A stretch of DNA of 64,000 nt from NCBI GenBank assembly GCA_002434805.1, contig DJKW01000001.1, positions 5,805 through 69,804 on the forward strand. The letters are read 5' to 3'. This document shows positions 50,362 to 59,425 of this stretch, in pieces (position 1 is the first letter of the stretch; every line of letters begins with the position of its first letter). The notes below the pieces were generated by a model, which was not told the origin of the DNA, did not search any database, and was given only the letters and a program-made list of their open reading frames with translations. The position numbers and the translations under genes were made by a program. Source of the DNA: Patescibacteria group bacterium UBA6532. GTDB lineage: Bacteria; Patescibacteriota; Minisyncoccia; Minisyncoccales; UBA6532.

Positions 50362-50510
50362 AAAAAAAACGGGCTTCTATTAATTTCGGTGGCGCGAGAC
50401 AAGAACGAAATCATCTCGCAAGGTGGCTTAGCAGATACTGATCTTGACCGAATTTCTACTACTAAGTCACCACAGGAGCAGCCCATTACCGTTAAAAGAA
50501 GACCGTTTTT
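50362..50510. ncRNA. Candidate multibranch structured RNA/DNA element
   Basis: Nested stems AAAAACGG/CCGTTTTT, CTTCT/AGAAG, CGGT/ACCG enclosing GCGAGA/TCTCGC and GGTGGCTTAG/CTAAGTCACC. Confidence 0.45.
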
Positions 50511-50746
50511 ATCTAGAGGGGAAAATGGAAAGAATAGATGTGGTTTTCTATTTTTTAACTCTGATCTACTCACGTAAGATTTTGGCAGTCTTTGGCCTGC
50601 TTTGTAGAACAAGTTATATTATTTTTTTACCCTTCTTATTCTTTGTTCCGCTTATCCCTTTCTCCTTTAGTTAAGATATTATCAAAGTTAAAATAATTGT
50701 CAATAAAAAAATATGGGTAAAAACCTATGTTGGTTTTACCCTTTGT

Positions 50747-51127
50747 CTAGTACTTATTCCACAGTATTTTCATTGTTGCCAATTTTTTATCTATTTCTTT
50801 TGAAAGATACCATTTGATGTGGTATATTTCTTTAAACTTTACCATAGCGATGCGGTATTTTTCCTTCCTGGTATATAAACTTAGATGCCTTAAATCTTCA
50901 AGCATCACGTTAGTTAAGTACTGTACTGATTCCTGAAATTGCTCAGTAAGTTTCCTATCTTCGTTTAATTTTTGAAAGAACTTTAGAGCTCTTTCTTTTC
51001 CAATCTCTTCAACAGTTTCCTTCAAAACTATACTGGCATCTAATTTTGGTATACTGAAATCCTCGGCTATTTTAGGCAACGAGTCAAGACAAATATCAAT
51101 ATTATGTTTCTCTTCTTGAACAGTCAA
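50747..51127 (-). CDS. Hypothetical helical protein (cassette)
   Basis: 126-aa ORF, GAGGA SD + TTG start, GGGTAAAA/TTTTACCC terminator, boundary repeat at 51172-51197. Confidence 0.6.
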   Translation of the reverse strand: MTVQEEKHNIDICLDSLPKIAEDFSIPKLDASIVLKETVEEIGKERALKFFQKLNEDRKLTEQFQESVQYLTNVMLEDLRHLSLYTRKEKYRIAMVKFKEIYHIKWYLSKEIDKKLATMKILWNKY

Positions 51128-51221
51128 CCTTATTCCTCTTTATTTTATAAAAAACTTAATATTTTATCAAACAAAAAAACCGCCATAGAGGAGGTTCTTT
51201 GTTATCTTAAACAGATAATGT

Positions 51222-52391
51222 TTATCTTTCTATTCGCTTGCATGTCTGTTTCTTTATTTCAACCATAGCTCCCAAAGCCCAACAAATTCCCAAGAATGCA
51301 ATAATCCCACCAAGAAAAGGAAGACCTGTGAGGATAGAGAAAACTACTACTCCTAAAATCATTGTCCAGACTAATGAAACTTCTTTCTTTTTGCCTGCCC
51401 ATTCTAGTAATTTTTGGCCTAAAACAATTCCTATAAAAATTTTAGTTAGATACAAAGAAATGAGATAAACAGCCAAAGCAATTAAAGATAATGGAATGCC
51501 AATAACGGTAATAGCCACCAAAAACAAAATAACAGGAGTGATAATAAGATAAACTACTCCCCAACCAAGACTGTCCCAGGGTTTATCTACCATTCTTTTT
51601 CCTATTGATTTACTGGTTTTAGGAGCTAGAAGAATTATAATCAAACCAATTATCAATAAAGCAAAAAGAGCCATTATCTTTCCTATAAAAGAAGAAATTC
51701 CAAAATCCTGCTTAATAGGAATAACCGGTAAAATACTTTCTTTGTATATGGTCTCCCCTCCTATCTTAGCTCCTTCTTTTATCTCTGCTTTCGTTGAAGC
51801 GGTGTAAGTCAAATCTCCTTTGATATCAGCTTGATGATATAAAACGAGATGGCCCTCTTCAGCATCAATTTTTAAGTCAACGTTACCACCGATTTCATTA
51901 GCCAAGAGTACGGCTCCACCACCTCCTCTAACATCTCCACCAACTTTTCCTCTAATCTCAATATTGCCGGCAAAAGATAAAACATCCCAGCCAACTTCAG
52001 CATCCTCTCCAATAACCACTGTTCCTCCGAATAGACTTACATTCTTGCCAACTTTGCTGTTAACTTCTACTGTTCCTCCAACAACACGAATGTTACCTGT
52101 CACATCTCCCTTAATTCTGACAGTTCCGCCAGCAACCAAAACATCTCCTTTAACAGGTCCTGTAATATTAATTGACCCTCCGGCAATAATAACATCTTTT
52201 TGAGCTTGGCCGTCAAAATCAATTACTTCACCTGCTTTAATAAAATTACCTTCAATTACTTCTTCGCTGCCAACATAAATATTTTGCTTACTATCTTCAA
52301 TTGAGGCTCCGCTAATCAACGGCAAAGCAGTTAGAGAAATAATAACTGCCAATAGACTAAATGATAAGAAGAATCTTTTTTTGTTAAACAT
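51222..52391 (-). CDS. Polymer-forming (bactofilin-like beta-helix) membrane protein
   Basis: Repeated AGGxVxIxGxVxGD units after a signal peptide, C-terminal TM bundle with GIPL. Confidence 0.8.
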   Translation of the reverse strand: MFNKKRFFLSFSLLAVIISLTALPLISGASIEDSKQNIYVGSEEVIEGNFIKAGEVIDFDGQAQKDVIIAGGSINITGPVKGDVLVAGGTVRIKGDVTGNIRVVGGTVEVNSKVGKNVSLFGGTVVIGEDAEVGWDVLSFAGNIEIRGKVGGDVRGGGGAVLLANEIGGNVDLKIDAEEGHLVLYHQADIKGDLTYTASTKAEIKEGAKIGGETIYKESILPVIPIKQDFGISSFIGKIMALFALLIIGLIIILLAPKTSKSIGKRMVDKPWDSLGWGVVYLIITPVILFLVAITVIGIPLSLIALAVYLISLYLTKIFIGIVLGQKLLEWAGKKKEVSLVWTMILGVVVFSILTGLPFLGGIIAFLGICWALGAMVEIKKQTCKRIER

Positions 52392-52445
52392 AAATTAAAG
52401 TAATTTATTAATTCTTTTCTCGACCTTTATTATTGTAACATATTC

Positions 52446-53414
52446 TTATTCTGACTTTTGCTTGATTATCTCCCGTAATATTCCCTCAATTAGTTTCAGG
52501 CTCTTTTCATTTATTATAGAAACAGCCAGTACCTCTCTCTTTGTTTTTTTAAGCAGGGCTACTTTCTTTTTAATATCTTTTTCAGAAAGCAAGTCGCTTT
52601 TAGTCAAAAAAACGTATTCTGGTTTTAATAAAAGCTCTTTATTATAAGCCTCGAGTTCCTTTCTGATAATTTTATAGTCTTTCAAAGGATCTTGGGATTC
52701 AGACGAAATAAAATGGAAAAGGGTTTTTGTTCTTTTAATGTGCCGCAAAAACTTAATGCCCAAACCCTTGCCTAAAGAAGCGCCTTCAATAAGGCCGGGG
52801 ATGTCGGCTAAAACGAGCTCAAAATAAACTCCCAGGTTGGGACTTAAGGTCGTAAAAGGATAATTGGCCACTTTGCTTTTAGCTTTGGTCAGCTCGTTCA
52901 ATAAGCTGGACTTTCCGACATTGGGCAGTCCGACAAACCCGACATCAGCTATCATCTTTAATTCCAGCCTTAATTCGTATTCCTGGCCTAAAGAACCTTG
53001 TCCAAATTCCTTAGGACTCGTATTAGTAGAAGATCTGAACTTAAAGTTCCCCCATCCTCCTTTTCCGCCTTTAACTATCAATAATCTCTGCCCTATGGAA
53101 ATAATTTCTGAATCCTCTTTTAAGGACAAGTTATGAATGACCGTGCCGACAGGTACCTTTAAAAAAAGGTCTTTGCCGTCTGTGCCGTCAATGAATTTCC
53201 CTTTGCCGTTTTTCCCGTTTCCAGCTGACAGTTCTTTTTTAAAGCGAAATTGATTCAAGGCGCTTAAATCAGAAACACCTTCAAAGTAAACACTGCCTCC
53301 TTTGCCGCCGGCTCCACCGGTCGGACCAAGAGACATTTTAACCTTACTGAAAGCCACAGCCCCTTTGCCGCCGTCGCCTCCTTTCACTTTAATTTTGATG
53401 TCGTCAATTAACAT
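52446..53414 (-). CDS. obgE: GTPase Obg
   Basis: GGDGGKG, ADVGFVGLPNVGKS, YPFTTL, DIPGLIEGA, FLRHI. Confidence 0.97.
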   Translation of the reverse strand: MLIDDIKIKVKGGDGGKGAVAFSKVKMSLGPTGGAGGKGGSVYFEGVSDLSALNQFRFKKELSAGNGKNGKGKFIDGTDGKDLFLKVPVGTVIHNLSLKEDSEIISIGQRLLIVKGGKGGWGNFKFRSSTNTSPKEFGQGSLGQEYELRLELKMIADVGFVGLPNVGKSSLLNELTKAKSKVANYPFTTLSPNLGVYFELVLADIPGLIEGASLGKGLGIKFLRHIKRTKTLFHFISSESQDPLKDYKIIRKELEAYNKELLLKPEYVFLTKSDLLSEKDIKKKVALLKKTKREVLAVSIINEKSLKLIEGILREIIKQKSE

Positions 53415-53415
53415 A

Positions 53416-56394
53416 TTATTTGATCATTTTACGTAATTTACAGTATTCACAATCTGGATCGTCGCAAGTCTTATCCCAAAAAGACAAAGAAAGAATTTCT
53501 TTAGCCACCGCCTTTATCTGTTTTTCAAGGGCAACCATTTCTTCCGGGTTAATATCAAATAATTCCTTTTTATAATTACCCTTACTATCTGGTTCTATAA
53601 AGTTGATTTCCCCGGCCTTCATATTGAATTTCCCTTCCTGGTAATGATTCAAAAGAAGGTTATAAAAAACCAACTGGCGCTTGTAATCCCCTTTGCTGTT
53701 TTTAGTCAAACCCTCTATTTCATTTCGGGACCTGGGCTTTCCGGTTTTATAGTCTATAACATTAATATTATTTGAAGAATCAAGAAGAATGATTTTGTCC
53801 AATTTTCCACTAAGTATAATACCACCACCCAAATCAATGCCTTTAATGCTGAATTCATTAAGTATATTCTTACTCCAGGATTTGTAATAGTGGTCGTAAT
53901 ATCCGGAAAGCGCAGCTTTCCCCTTGCTTAAAGCCTCTTTATAGTCTTTTTCCTGGATGGGCTGGCTATTTAAAGATTCCACAAATCTATTGATAAGATA
54001 TTTTTTGCCGGGATTCTCTCCTTTGCCAAACCTGTCAAAAAAGCTTTTTAGAGCATTGTGCACGGCCGTACCGAAAATCAAATGTTTATTGGGAGCTCCG
54101 GGAATGCGAAGCAAGTTGTTATAAAAATATTTCCAGGGGCACTGAAGATAATTGTTCAGGGCGGTCGGCGAAAACATCTGCTGGTAGAAAAGCTGGTTCA
54201 AAAACTCTTTCTCTTTGGCAGTTGAAGGAAGCGATGGGGTTAAAGAAAACTCCAAATCCTCTTTCTTTTTAAGCTCAACTTTCGTCTCAACCTTTTTTAT
54301 GAGTTCTGGCTTAATTTCCATTATGAATCTTGAAGGCAACTGCTCTTTGCCGTTCTGATTCTGTTTTGCGTAAAGTATTGAAGCCTGCTTTCTCACTCTG
54401 GTCAAGGCAACATAGAATAAATTGCGTTCATCTTCATCGCTTTCTCCGCTAAAGCTTTCTTCAACCTTCTTTAATAAAGAATAAACTCGCCGCGGCAGCT
54501 TAATGTGTTCGTAGTGGCGGCGGGATCCCCAGTGGCCGTCAACCGCATTAATAATGTAAACGTATTCAAATTCCAATCCTTTTGATTTATGGGCCGTCAT
54601 CAGCCTCACCCTGTTGGGAGCCTGTTCAAATACGGTTGTTTTTATCAAAACGTTGTGCTCTTTGATAATGTCCAAATATTCAAAGAAATTCTCTAAAGTA
54701 TAGTCCTTATGGCTTTCAATCAGCGACTTTATTTGGTCGAATAAAGCATGGAGCTTGGCCAGTTTTTCAGCGGCTGATGGCTTGTTTAAGATATAGACGA
54801 GAAATCCCGACTCCCGGACAATGTCTTCAAAAGCCTGAACAGCCCCTTTGTTTTTTGCCCCTCTCTTAAAAGAAGAAACTTTTTTATATATTTCCAATAA
54901 TTTATCTATTTCTTCTATGCCGGCTTTTTCCATTACCTTGCGGTCTTTAATAACGTCATAGGGATCCAACGGCAAACTGGCAATCTTATAAACATCAAGA
55001 GGAGGAATCTTAAAAATATCAATATGAAGCATTTCTACCAGTTCTGAAGGAGAACCGAAATTCTGAACCGATTTTAAAATAATAAGGAGTTTTCTGATAT
55101 CTTCGTCGTTTAAAACATCCTGGTTAGATTCAATGACAAAAGGAACGCCGGCTTTTTCCAATATCCTGGATACTGGAATGACGTCCCTGTTGTCTCTGTA
55201 AAGGACAGCTATCTGGCTGGCTAATACTTTTTGCTTTAAGAGTTTTTTAATGCTCTGAGCCAAGAAATACTGTTCTCTCTCCTGAGTCGGCAGGATATAA
55301 AGATTGATAAGAGATTCTTTGTGCCCGGCTTTAGCTAAAAGCTTTTTGCTGTCTTTAGAGTTAAGGTCGTAAGCTGCATTAAGAATTGTCTGCGTTGAAC
55401 GATAATTGCGCCAAAGCGTAATCAGTTTGACGTTCTTGTAAAGATTCTTAAAATACATGAAGTTTTCCATAGAAGCTCCCTGAAAGCGGAAAATAGCCTG
55501 TTTTTCATCTCCGACGATAAAAATGTTCGGGTCTTTGTGGTAGCTCGCCAAAAGTTCAAGAATTTTATTCTGAGCGGTATTGGTATCCTGGTGCTCGTCA
55601 ACCAGAATATACAAATACTGCTCTTGAAGCGTTAAAAGCAAATCATTGTTTTTTTTCAAAACAACCATAGCCTGGACAATCATGTCGCTGTAGTCATAGA
55701 ACCTTAAATTGCTCAGGGATTTTTGGTACTCATCATATATTGAAATAAGCTCTTTGTTGCGCTTAATATGCTTTTGCATGTCTATATACTTCCCTTTCAT
55801 CTTTCCTTTATGCGCTCCTTTCTTATGATAAAGATCTTCAATTTTTAAAAAAACTTTTTCCTGGTCATTGATGATTTGAGAAAACTCTTCAGGCAGCACG
55901 CCCTGCTGCTTTAATTCATTTATGGCGTTGATGATAGAGCGAAGGTAAAAATACCTGCTACCAAAAGGCCTTAAGTTAAAAAGCTCCAAAGAATCTATGA
56001 TCTGTCGGACAATCTGCACCTGGTCAACGTCTGAAATATTGGTTGAACCGATAATGTTTGGAAAATCATCCGGATAGTTCTTGATAATGTCGTTAGCGAA
56101 CCCGTGGAAAGTCGTGATGTTGACGCGGTAAGCTTCAGAACCTATCAGTTCTGATAATTTTTTGCGCATGGAAGCTACGGCTGACTCTGTAAAAGTCAAA
56201 GCCAAAACGGCTTCTGGAGGAGTGTCTGTTTCAGCTAAAATATTAGCGATCCTCATTGTCAGCAAATGCGTTTTTCCGGTGCCTGGCCCGGCAATAACCA
56301 TAACAGGCCCTTCAATAGCATCAACGGCCTGTTTTTGTTCTGGGTTCAGCTTTCTATAAGCAATCTTAAATTTGTTCTGAGATACCTTTCTCAT
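53416..56394 (-). CDS. UvrD/REP SF1 helicase fused to a PD-(D/E)XK Fe-S nuclease (AdnB/AddA-like)
   Basis: AGPGTGKT, VDEHQD, VGDEKQAIFRF, TAHKSKGLEF, YVALTR, then CPWKY, GKLD, IDYKTG, CEYC; likely start MRKV at 56394. Confidence 0.92.
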   Translation of the reverse strand: MRKVSQNKFKIAYRKLNPEQKQAVDAIEGPVMVIAGPGTGKTHLLTMRIANILAETDTPPEAVLALTFTESAVASMRKKLSELIGSEAYRVNITTFHGFANDIIKNYPDDFPNIIGSTNISDVDQVQIVRQIIDSLELFNLRPFGSRYFYLRSIINAINELKQQGVLPEEFSQIINDQEKVFLKIEDLYHKKGAHKGKMKGKYIDMQKHIKRNKELISIYDEYQKSLSNLRFYDYSDMIVQAMVVLKKNNDLLLTLQEQYLYILVDEHQDTNTAQNKILELLASYHKDPNIFIVGDEKQAIFRFQGASMENFMYFKNLYKNVKLITLWRNYRSTQTILNAAYDLNSKDSKKLLAKAGHKESLINLYILPTQEREQYFLAQSIKKLLKQKVLASQIAVLYRDNRDVIPVSRILEKAGVPFVIESNQDVLNDEDIRKLLIILKSVQNFGSPSELVEMLHIDIFKIPPLDVYKIASLPLDPYDVIKDRKVMEKAGIEEIDKLLEIYKKVSSFKRGAKNKGAVQAFEDIVRESGFLVYILNKPSAAEKLAKLHALFDQIKSLIESHKDYTLENFFEYLDIIKEHNVLIKTTVFEQAPNRVRLMTAHKSKGLEFEYVYIINAVDGHWGSRRHYEHIKLPRRVYSLLKKVEESFSGESDEDERNLFYVALTRVRKQASILYAKQNQNGKEQLPSRFIMEIKPELIKKVETKVELKKKEDLEFSLTPSLPSTAKEKEFLNQLFYQQMFSPTALNNYLQCPWKYFYNNLLRIPGAPNKHLIFGTAVHNALKSFFDRFGKGENPGKKYLINRFVESLNSQPIQEKDYKEALSKGKAALSGYYDHYYKSWSKNILNEFSIKGIDLGGGIILSGKLDKIILLDSSNNINVIDYKTGKPRSRNEIEGLTKNSKGDYKRQLVFYNLLLNHYQEGKFNMKAGEINFIEPDSKGNYKKELFDINPEEMVALEKQIKAVAKEILSLSFWDKTCDDPDCEYCKLRKMIK

Positions 56395-56398
56395 ATTT

Positions 56399-57247
56399 TT
56401 ACCAGTCAACTTCATCAACTTTTTTGTTCTTTAGAGGAATATTGTCTTTTTCCGGACAAACATCTAAATATTCGCAGTAAGAACACAATCTATTGATTTT
56501 AGGCAAAAGAGCAGTATCGCTTTTAGCTTCTTTAATGACATTGATAACCTTCTTCTCAAGCCCTTTTATTTTCTCTTTATTCCAAACAATGTCATAAACT
56601 TTGGAATACTTAAGGTAAATCAAGCCAGCCCTGATTTTTTCGGCAAAGGGATTAAGGTACGAGGCGATGATGGCGTAAAAAGGAATCTGAAGGTCTTCTT
56701 CTATTATTTTCTCAACGCTGCTTTTATAAGGCAGCTTGCCTGTTTTATAATCCCAAATAGAAATGGCTGAATCCGAATCCTTGTCGATTCTGTCTATCCT
56801 TCCAGCTATCTTAAAACCGTTAATATCGCACTCCATCCAATCTTCCAAGGATAAGGGAACAATTGATAAATCAGCTTTCCTTAGATAATTACTCAGCATG
56901 CCGATAGCGCCTATCCCGAAAGCCCTTTCCTGTTCCAGAGAACCGAATAGCTCTCTTCTCTCCTGAGCTGACCAATACTCATTACTCCGATTGTCTTTAG
57001 GCATCCTCGCCCAAGCATGCCTAACCATAGACCTTAAATCCTCTTCTTTTCTTTTATTTATAGGAACCTTTTTAATATCAAAAAAATCATTGAGCACGCT
57101 GTGAATAACGCTGCCGACAAAGCTTTGGGGGGTTTCAATGAATACGGCTTTAATATCCTTATCATTATGGCACTTGAACTTAAAAGGACACCTTAAATAG
57201 TGGTTTAAAGCGCTAGGGAATATTTTTTCTGGGAATATGTAAGCCAT
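56399..57247 (-). CDS. RecB-family/Cas4-like PD-(D/E)XK nuclease with Fe-S cysteines
   Basis: CPFKF, GRIDRID, DYKTG, QIPFY, CSYCEYLDVCP. Confidence 0.9.
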   Translation of the reverse strand: MAYIFPEKIFPSALNHYLRCPFKFKCHNDKDIKAVFIETPQSFVGSVIHSVLNDFFDIKKVPINKRKEEDLRSMVRHAWARMPKDNRSNEYWSAQERRELFGSLEQERAFGIGAIGMLSNYLRKADLSIVPLSLEDWMECDINGFKIAGRIDRIDKDSDSAISIWDYKTGKLPYKSSVEKIIEEDLQIPFYAIIASYLNPFAEKIRAGLIYLKYSKVYDIVWNKEKIKGLEKKVINVIKEAKSDTALLPKINRLCSYCEYLDVCPEKDNIPLKNKKVDEVDW

Positions 57248-57255
57248 ATTCCTTA

Positions 57256-57347
57256 TTCTACCAAAAAACCGCCTTTTGGGCGATTGAGTCAGTAAACGAC
57301 GTTAAAACCTGTTCGGGATAAAAAAAGAACCAGGCGAGTTTCCTGGT
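57256..57347. repeat. Cassette-boundary repeat (complete)
   Basis: TTCTACCAAAAAACCGCC-TTTTG-GGCGAT...AACGACGTTAAAACCTGTTCGGGATAAAAAAAG + ACCAGG/CCTGGT hairpin. Confidence 0.75.
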
Positions 57348-57518
57348 CTATTTATATTTAAACTCTAAGAGTATTTTTTTCTCACACGGCTGGCAAATAT
57401 GATATTTCATTACTTTTGATGGTATTTCCACTGTATCTGGATGTGTGAACAAAATTGCTCATGGTTTTTTCTCGACATCAAAATGATCGCCGCATCTATT
57501 ACATCTCGGTATATTCAT
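57348..57518 (-). pseudogene. Small CxxC...CxxC zinc-finger gene with in-frame TGA (codon 20)
   Basis: MNIPRCNRCGDHFDVEKKP*AILFTHPDTVEIPSKVMKYHICQPCEKKILLEFKYK*. Confidence 0.6.
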
Positions 57519-57523
57519 CTCAC

Positions 57524-57883
57524 CTACCTTTCAAAATATCGGTCTGATATAGAAAAACCATTTTTAGGATTGAATGGTTTAATGAAACATTCAACCAACG
57601 ATGGTTCTGGAAAGAACTCCCTTGTTATTTTTACTAACTCTATTGCAAGACGATTCCTTACTTCTTCCGTCCTTTCTGGTTTAATGAAAATTTCTGCCTC
57701 AATGATAATTTCACTTCCTAACCCTTTCTTCATCATGTCTGGAGGAAAGAATACTGAAACTTGCGTTGATTTTATTTCTAATTCTTTAATCGCCGCAGTT
57801 TTCTCCATAAGCCTGTCTGTAAACTTCCCTAATTTCTCTTCTGTCACATCAACCGGTATTCCATAAACTGTGATTATAGGTAT
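57524..57883 (-). CDS. Hypothetical protein, tautomerase-like N-terminus; start codon appears to be ATA
   Basis: AGGAGA SD 8 nt before ATA at 57883 gives (M)PIITVYGIP...; KPERTEEVRNRLA motif. Confidence 0.55.
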   Translation of the reverse strand: MPIITVYGIPVDVTEEKLGKFTDRLMEKTAAIKELEIKSTQVSVFFPPDMMKKGLGSEIIIEAEIFIKPERTEEVRNRLAIELVKITREFFPEPSLVECFIKPFNPKNGFSISDRYFER

Positions 57884-58151
57884 TTCAATCTTCTCCTAAG
57901 TTTTACCTTATAAAGATATTAATAATTTGTCAACCAAAAAACCGCTAAAGAGACGACTTTAGAGATATCTTACCAATGCGTCTTGACCGGGGTAGTTACC
58001 GCTTGACCTTTTTTTAATAATGTGTATAATGATAATAAGCTTATAAGTCGAGTTGTCTTAAAGTAAGTCTTTAGTAATAAAGATCCCAAATAAGTAGAGC
58101 GACTTAGGAGTTAAAAAGGTCGCTTTTTTAATTCGTAATTAGTAAAATAAT

Positions 58152-58331
58152 ATGGCTTTTAATGAATCTGGTTCCGACAGAGGATTTCCAAGAAAAATGT
58201 ATCAAGGAAATTGGAAATGTTCTGAGTGCGGAAAAGAAATAACAGAGCTTCCATTTGAGCCCTCTGGCGACAGACCTCTTTATTGTAGGGACTGCCACGC
58301 TAAGAGGAGACCTCAAAGATTCGGACGCTAA
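58152..58331 (+). CDS. CxxC-x17-CxxC domain small protein (not in ORF track)
   Basis: MAFNESGSDRGFPRKMYQGNWKCSECGKEITELPFEPSGDRPLYCRDCHAKRRPQRFGR*; promoter TTGACC/TGTGTATAAT at 58003-58030. Confidence 0.88.
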   Translation: MAFNESGSDRGFPRKMYQGNWKCSECGKEITELPFEPSGDRPLYCRDCHAKRRPQRFGR

Positions 58332-58333
58332 TT

Positions 58334-58374
58334 AAAACAAACCTCCCCCGCATTATTGCGGGGGTTTTGTTTTG
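58334..58374 (+). terminator. Intrinsic terminator
   Basis: CCCCCGC-ATTATT-GCGGGGG + T-tract. Confidence 0.75.
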
Positions 58375-58459
58375 ATTAAAAGAAAATTTTAGCTTGCAAA
58401 AAAATCAAATTTATGTTTTATAAGGAGTAGATGTTTTACAATTTGGAGGAAAGAATATT

Positions 58460-59425
58460 ATGGAGATTAGTTTTTTAAAAACTCGCTGCACTCATTGTGG
58501 TAAAACAAAAATGGTAGAAGATGCCGTCTCTGGCGAAATCACTTGTAAAAATTGTGGCTTTGTAATCAAAGAAAAGAAAGAAGAAACAGGTCCTGAATGG
58601 AGAGAATTTCCAGAAGAAAAGAATACAAAAAGCCGTGTCGGTCTTCCATCCTCACTTGCTGACTACGACCAATGGTTAACAACAGACATCGGAAAAGGAG
58701 AAAAAGATGCATTCGGCAAATTTCTTCCTTCAGGATCACAAACACTTATAAGACGGCTAATAACATGGGATGAAAGAAGTAAGCTTCGCGAGCCAGGGAA
58801 AAGAAATTTAATACAAGCCTTTCAATACCTTAGTCGGCTAAAAGACAAGCTTAACCTCAGTGATGCAATAACAGAGAAAGCCGCATATATATACCGAAAA
58901 GCATTGGAACGAGGAATCATTAGAGGAAGATCAATTGAGCTTGTTATAACAGCTTCCCTCTACGCTGCCTGTAGAGAGACTACTACGCCGCGTACATTGA
59001 AAGATTTTTCGGAAGCCGCTAATATCCAAAGAAAAGGTCTGACACGATCATACCGTCTCTTACACAAAGAACTAGATTTAAGAGTACCTGTAGTTACCCC
59101 TGACAGGTTTATTCCAAGAATTGCCAATGCTTGTAGGGTAAGTGAAAAAACTAAGCGCCAAGCATTAGAGATTTTAAAAAAAGCAGTGGAGGAAAGAATA
59201 AGTGCTGGAAAAGATCCAACAGGCCTAGCTGCTGCTGCACTCTATTTAGCTTGTGTACTTACAGGAGAAAGCGTAACCCAAAAAGAGATTGCGGAGGCCG
59301 CTGGAGTTACAGAAGTAACAGTTAGAAACCGATATAAAGATTTAAGAAAAAATCTATCAGATATTCAAAAAATACTAAAATTACCAGAGCAAAATAATAA
59401 ATTCTGGTTGTCCCAAAGATGGTAA
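58460..59425 (+). CDS. tfb: Archaeal-type transcription initiation factor IIB (TFB)
   Basis: Zn ribbon CTHC...CKNC, B-reader GPEWREF, two cyclin folds (RGRSI...ASLYAACR..TPRTL; GKDPTGLAAAALY), C-terminal QKEIAEAAGVTEVTVRNRY. Confidence 0.95.
   Translation: MEISFLKTRCTHCGKTKMVEDAVSGEITCKNCGFVIKEKKEETGPEWREFPEEKNTKSRVGLPSSLADYDQWLTTDIGKGEKDAFGKFLPSGSQTLIRRLITWDERSKLREPGKRNLIQAFQYLSRLKDKLNLSDAITEKAAYIYRKALERGIIRGRSIELVITASLYAACRETTTPRTLKDFSEAANIQRKGLTRSYRLLHKELDLRVPVVTPDRFIPRIANACRVSEKTKRQALEILKKAVEERISAGKDPTGLAAAALYLACVLTGESVTQKEIAEAAGVTEVTVRNRYKDLRKNLSDIQKILKLPEQNNKFWLSQRW

Noticed and set aside
48436-51200. CRISPR array or canonical integron (attC) interpretation of the repeats
   Set aside because: Repeats are degenerate and spaced hundreds of bases apart by genes that carry their own promoters. 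There are no cas genes. The tyrosine recombinase is Xer-like with no evident IntI insertion. GTTAGAA only approximates GTTRRRY and the units do not fold as full attC palindromes.
56399-57247. Cas4 of a CRISPR-Cas system
   Set aside because: No cas1/cas2 or array; context with the UvrD fusion fits a RecB-family repair nuclease.
57441-57866. 141-aa ORF on + and similar antisense ORFs (1410-1781, 16931-17293, 22299-22598, 58128-58316, 61959-62273)
   Set aside because: They overlap better-supported genes on the opposite strand and have no motifs or SD.
58460-59425. Window being archaeal because of TFB
   Set aside because: All core genes are bacterial (greA, bL9, bL27, peptidoglycan genes, HrcA/CIRCE, sigma70 promoters).
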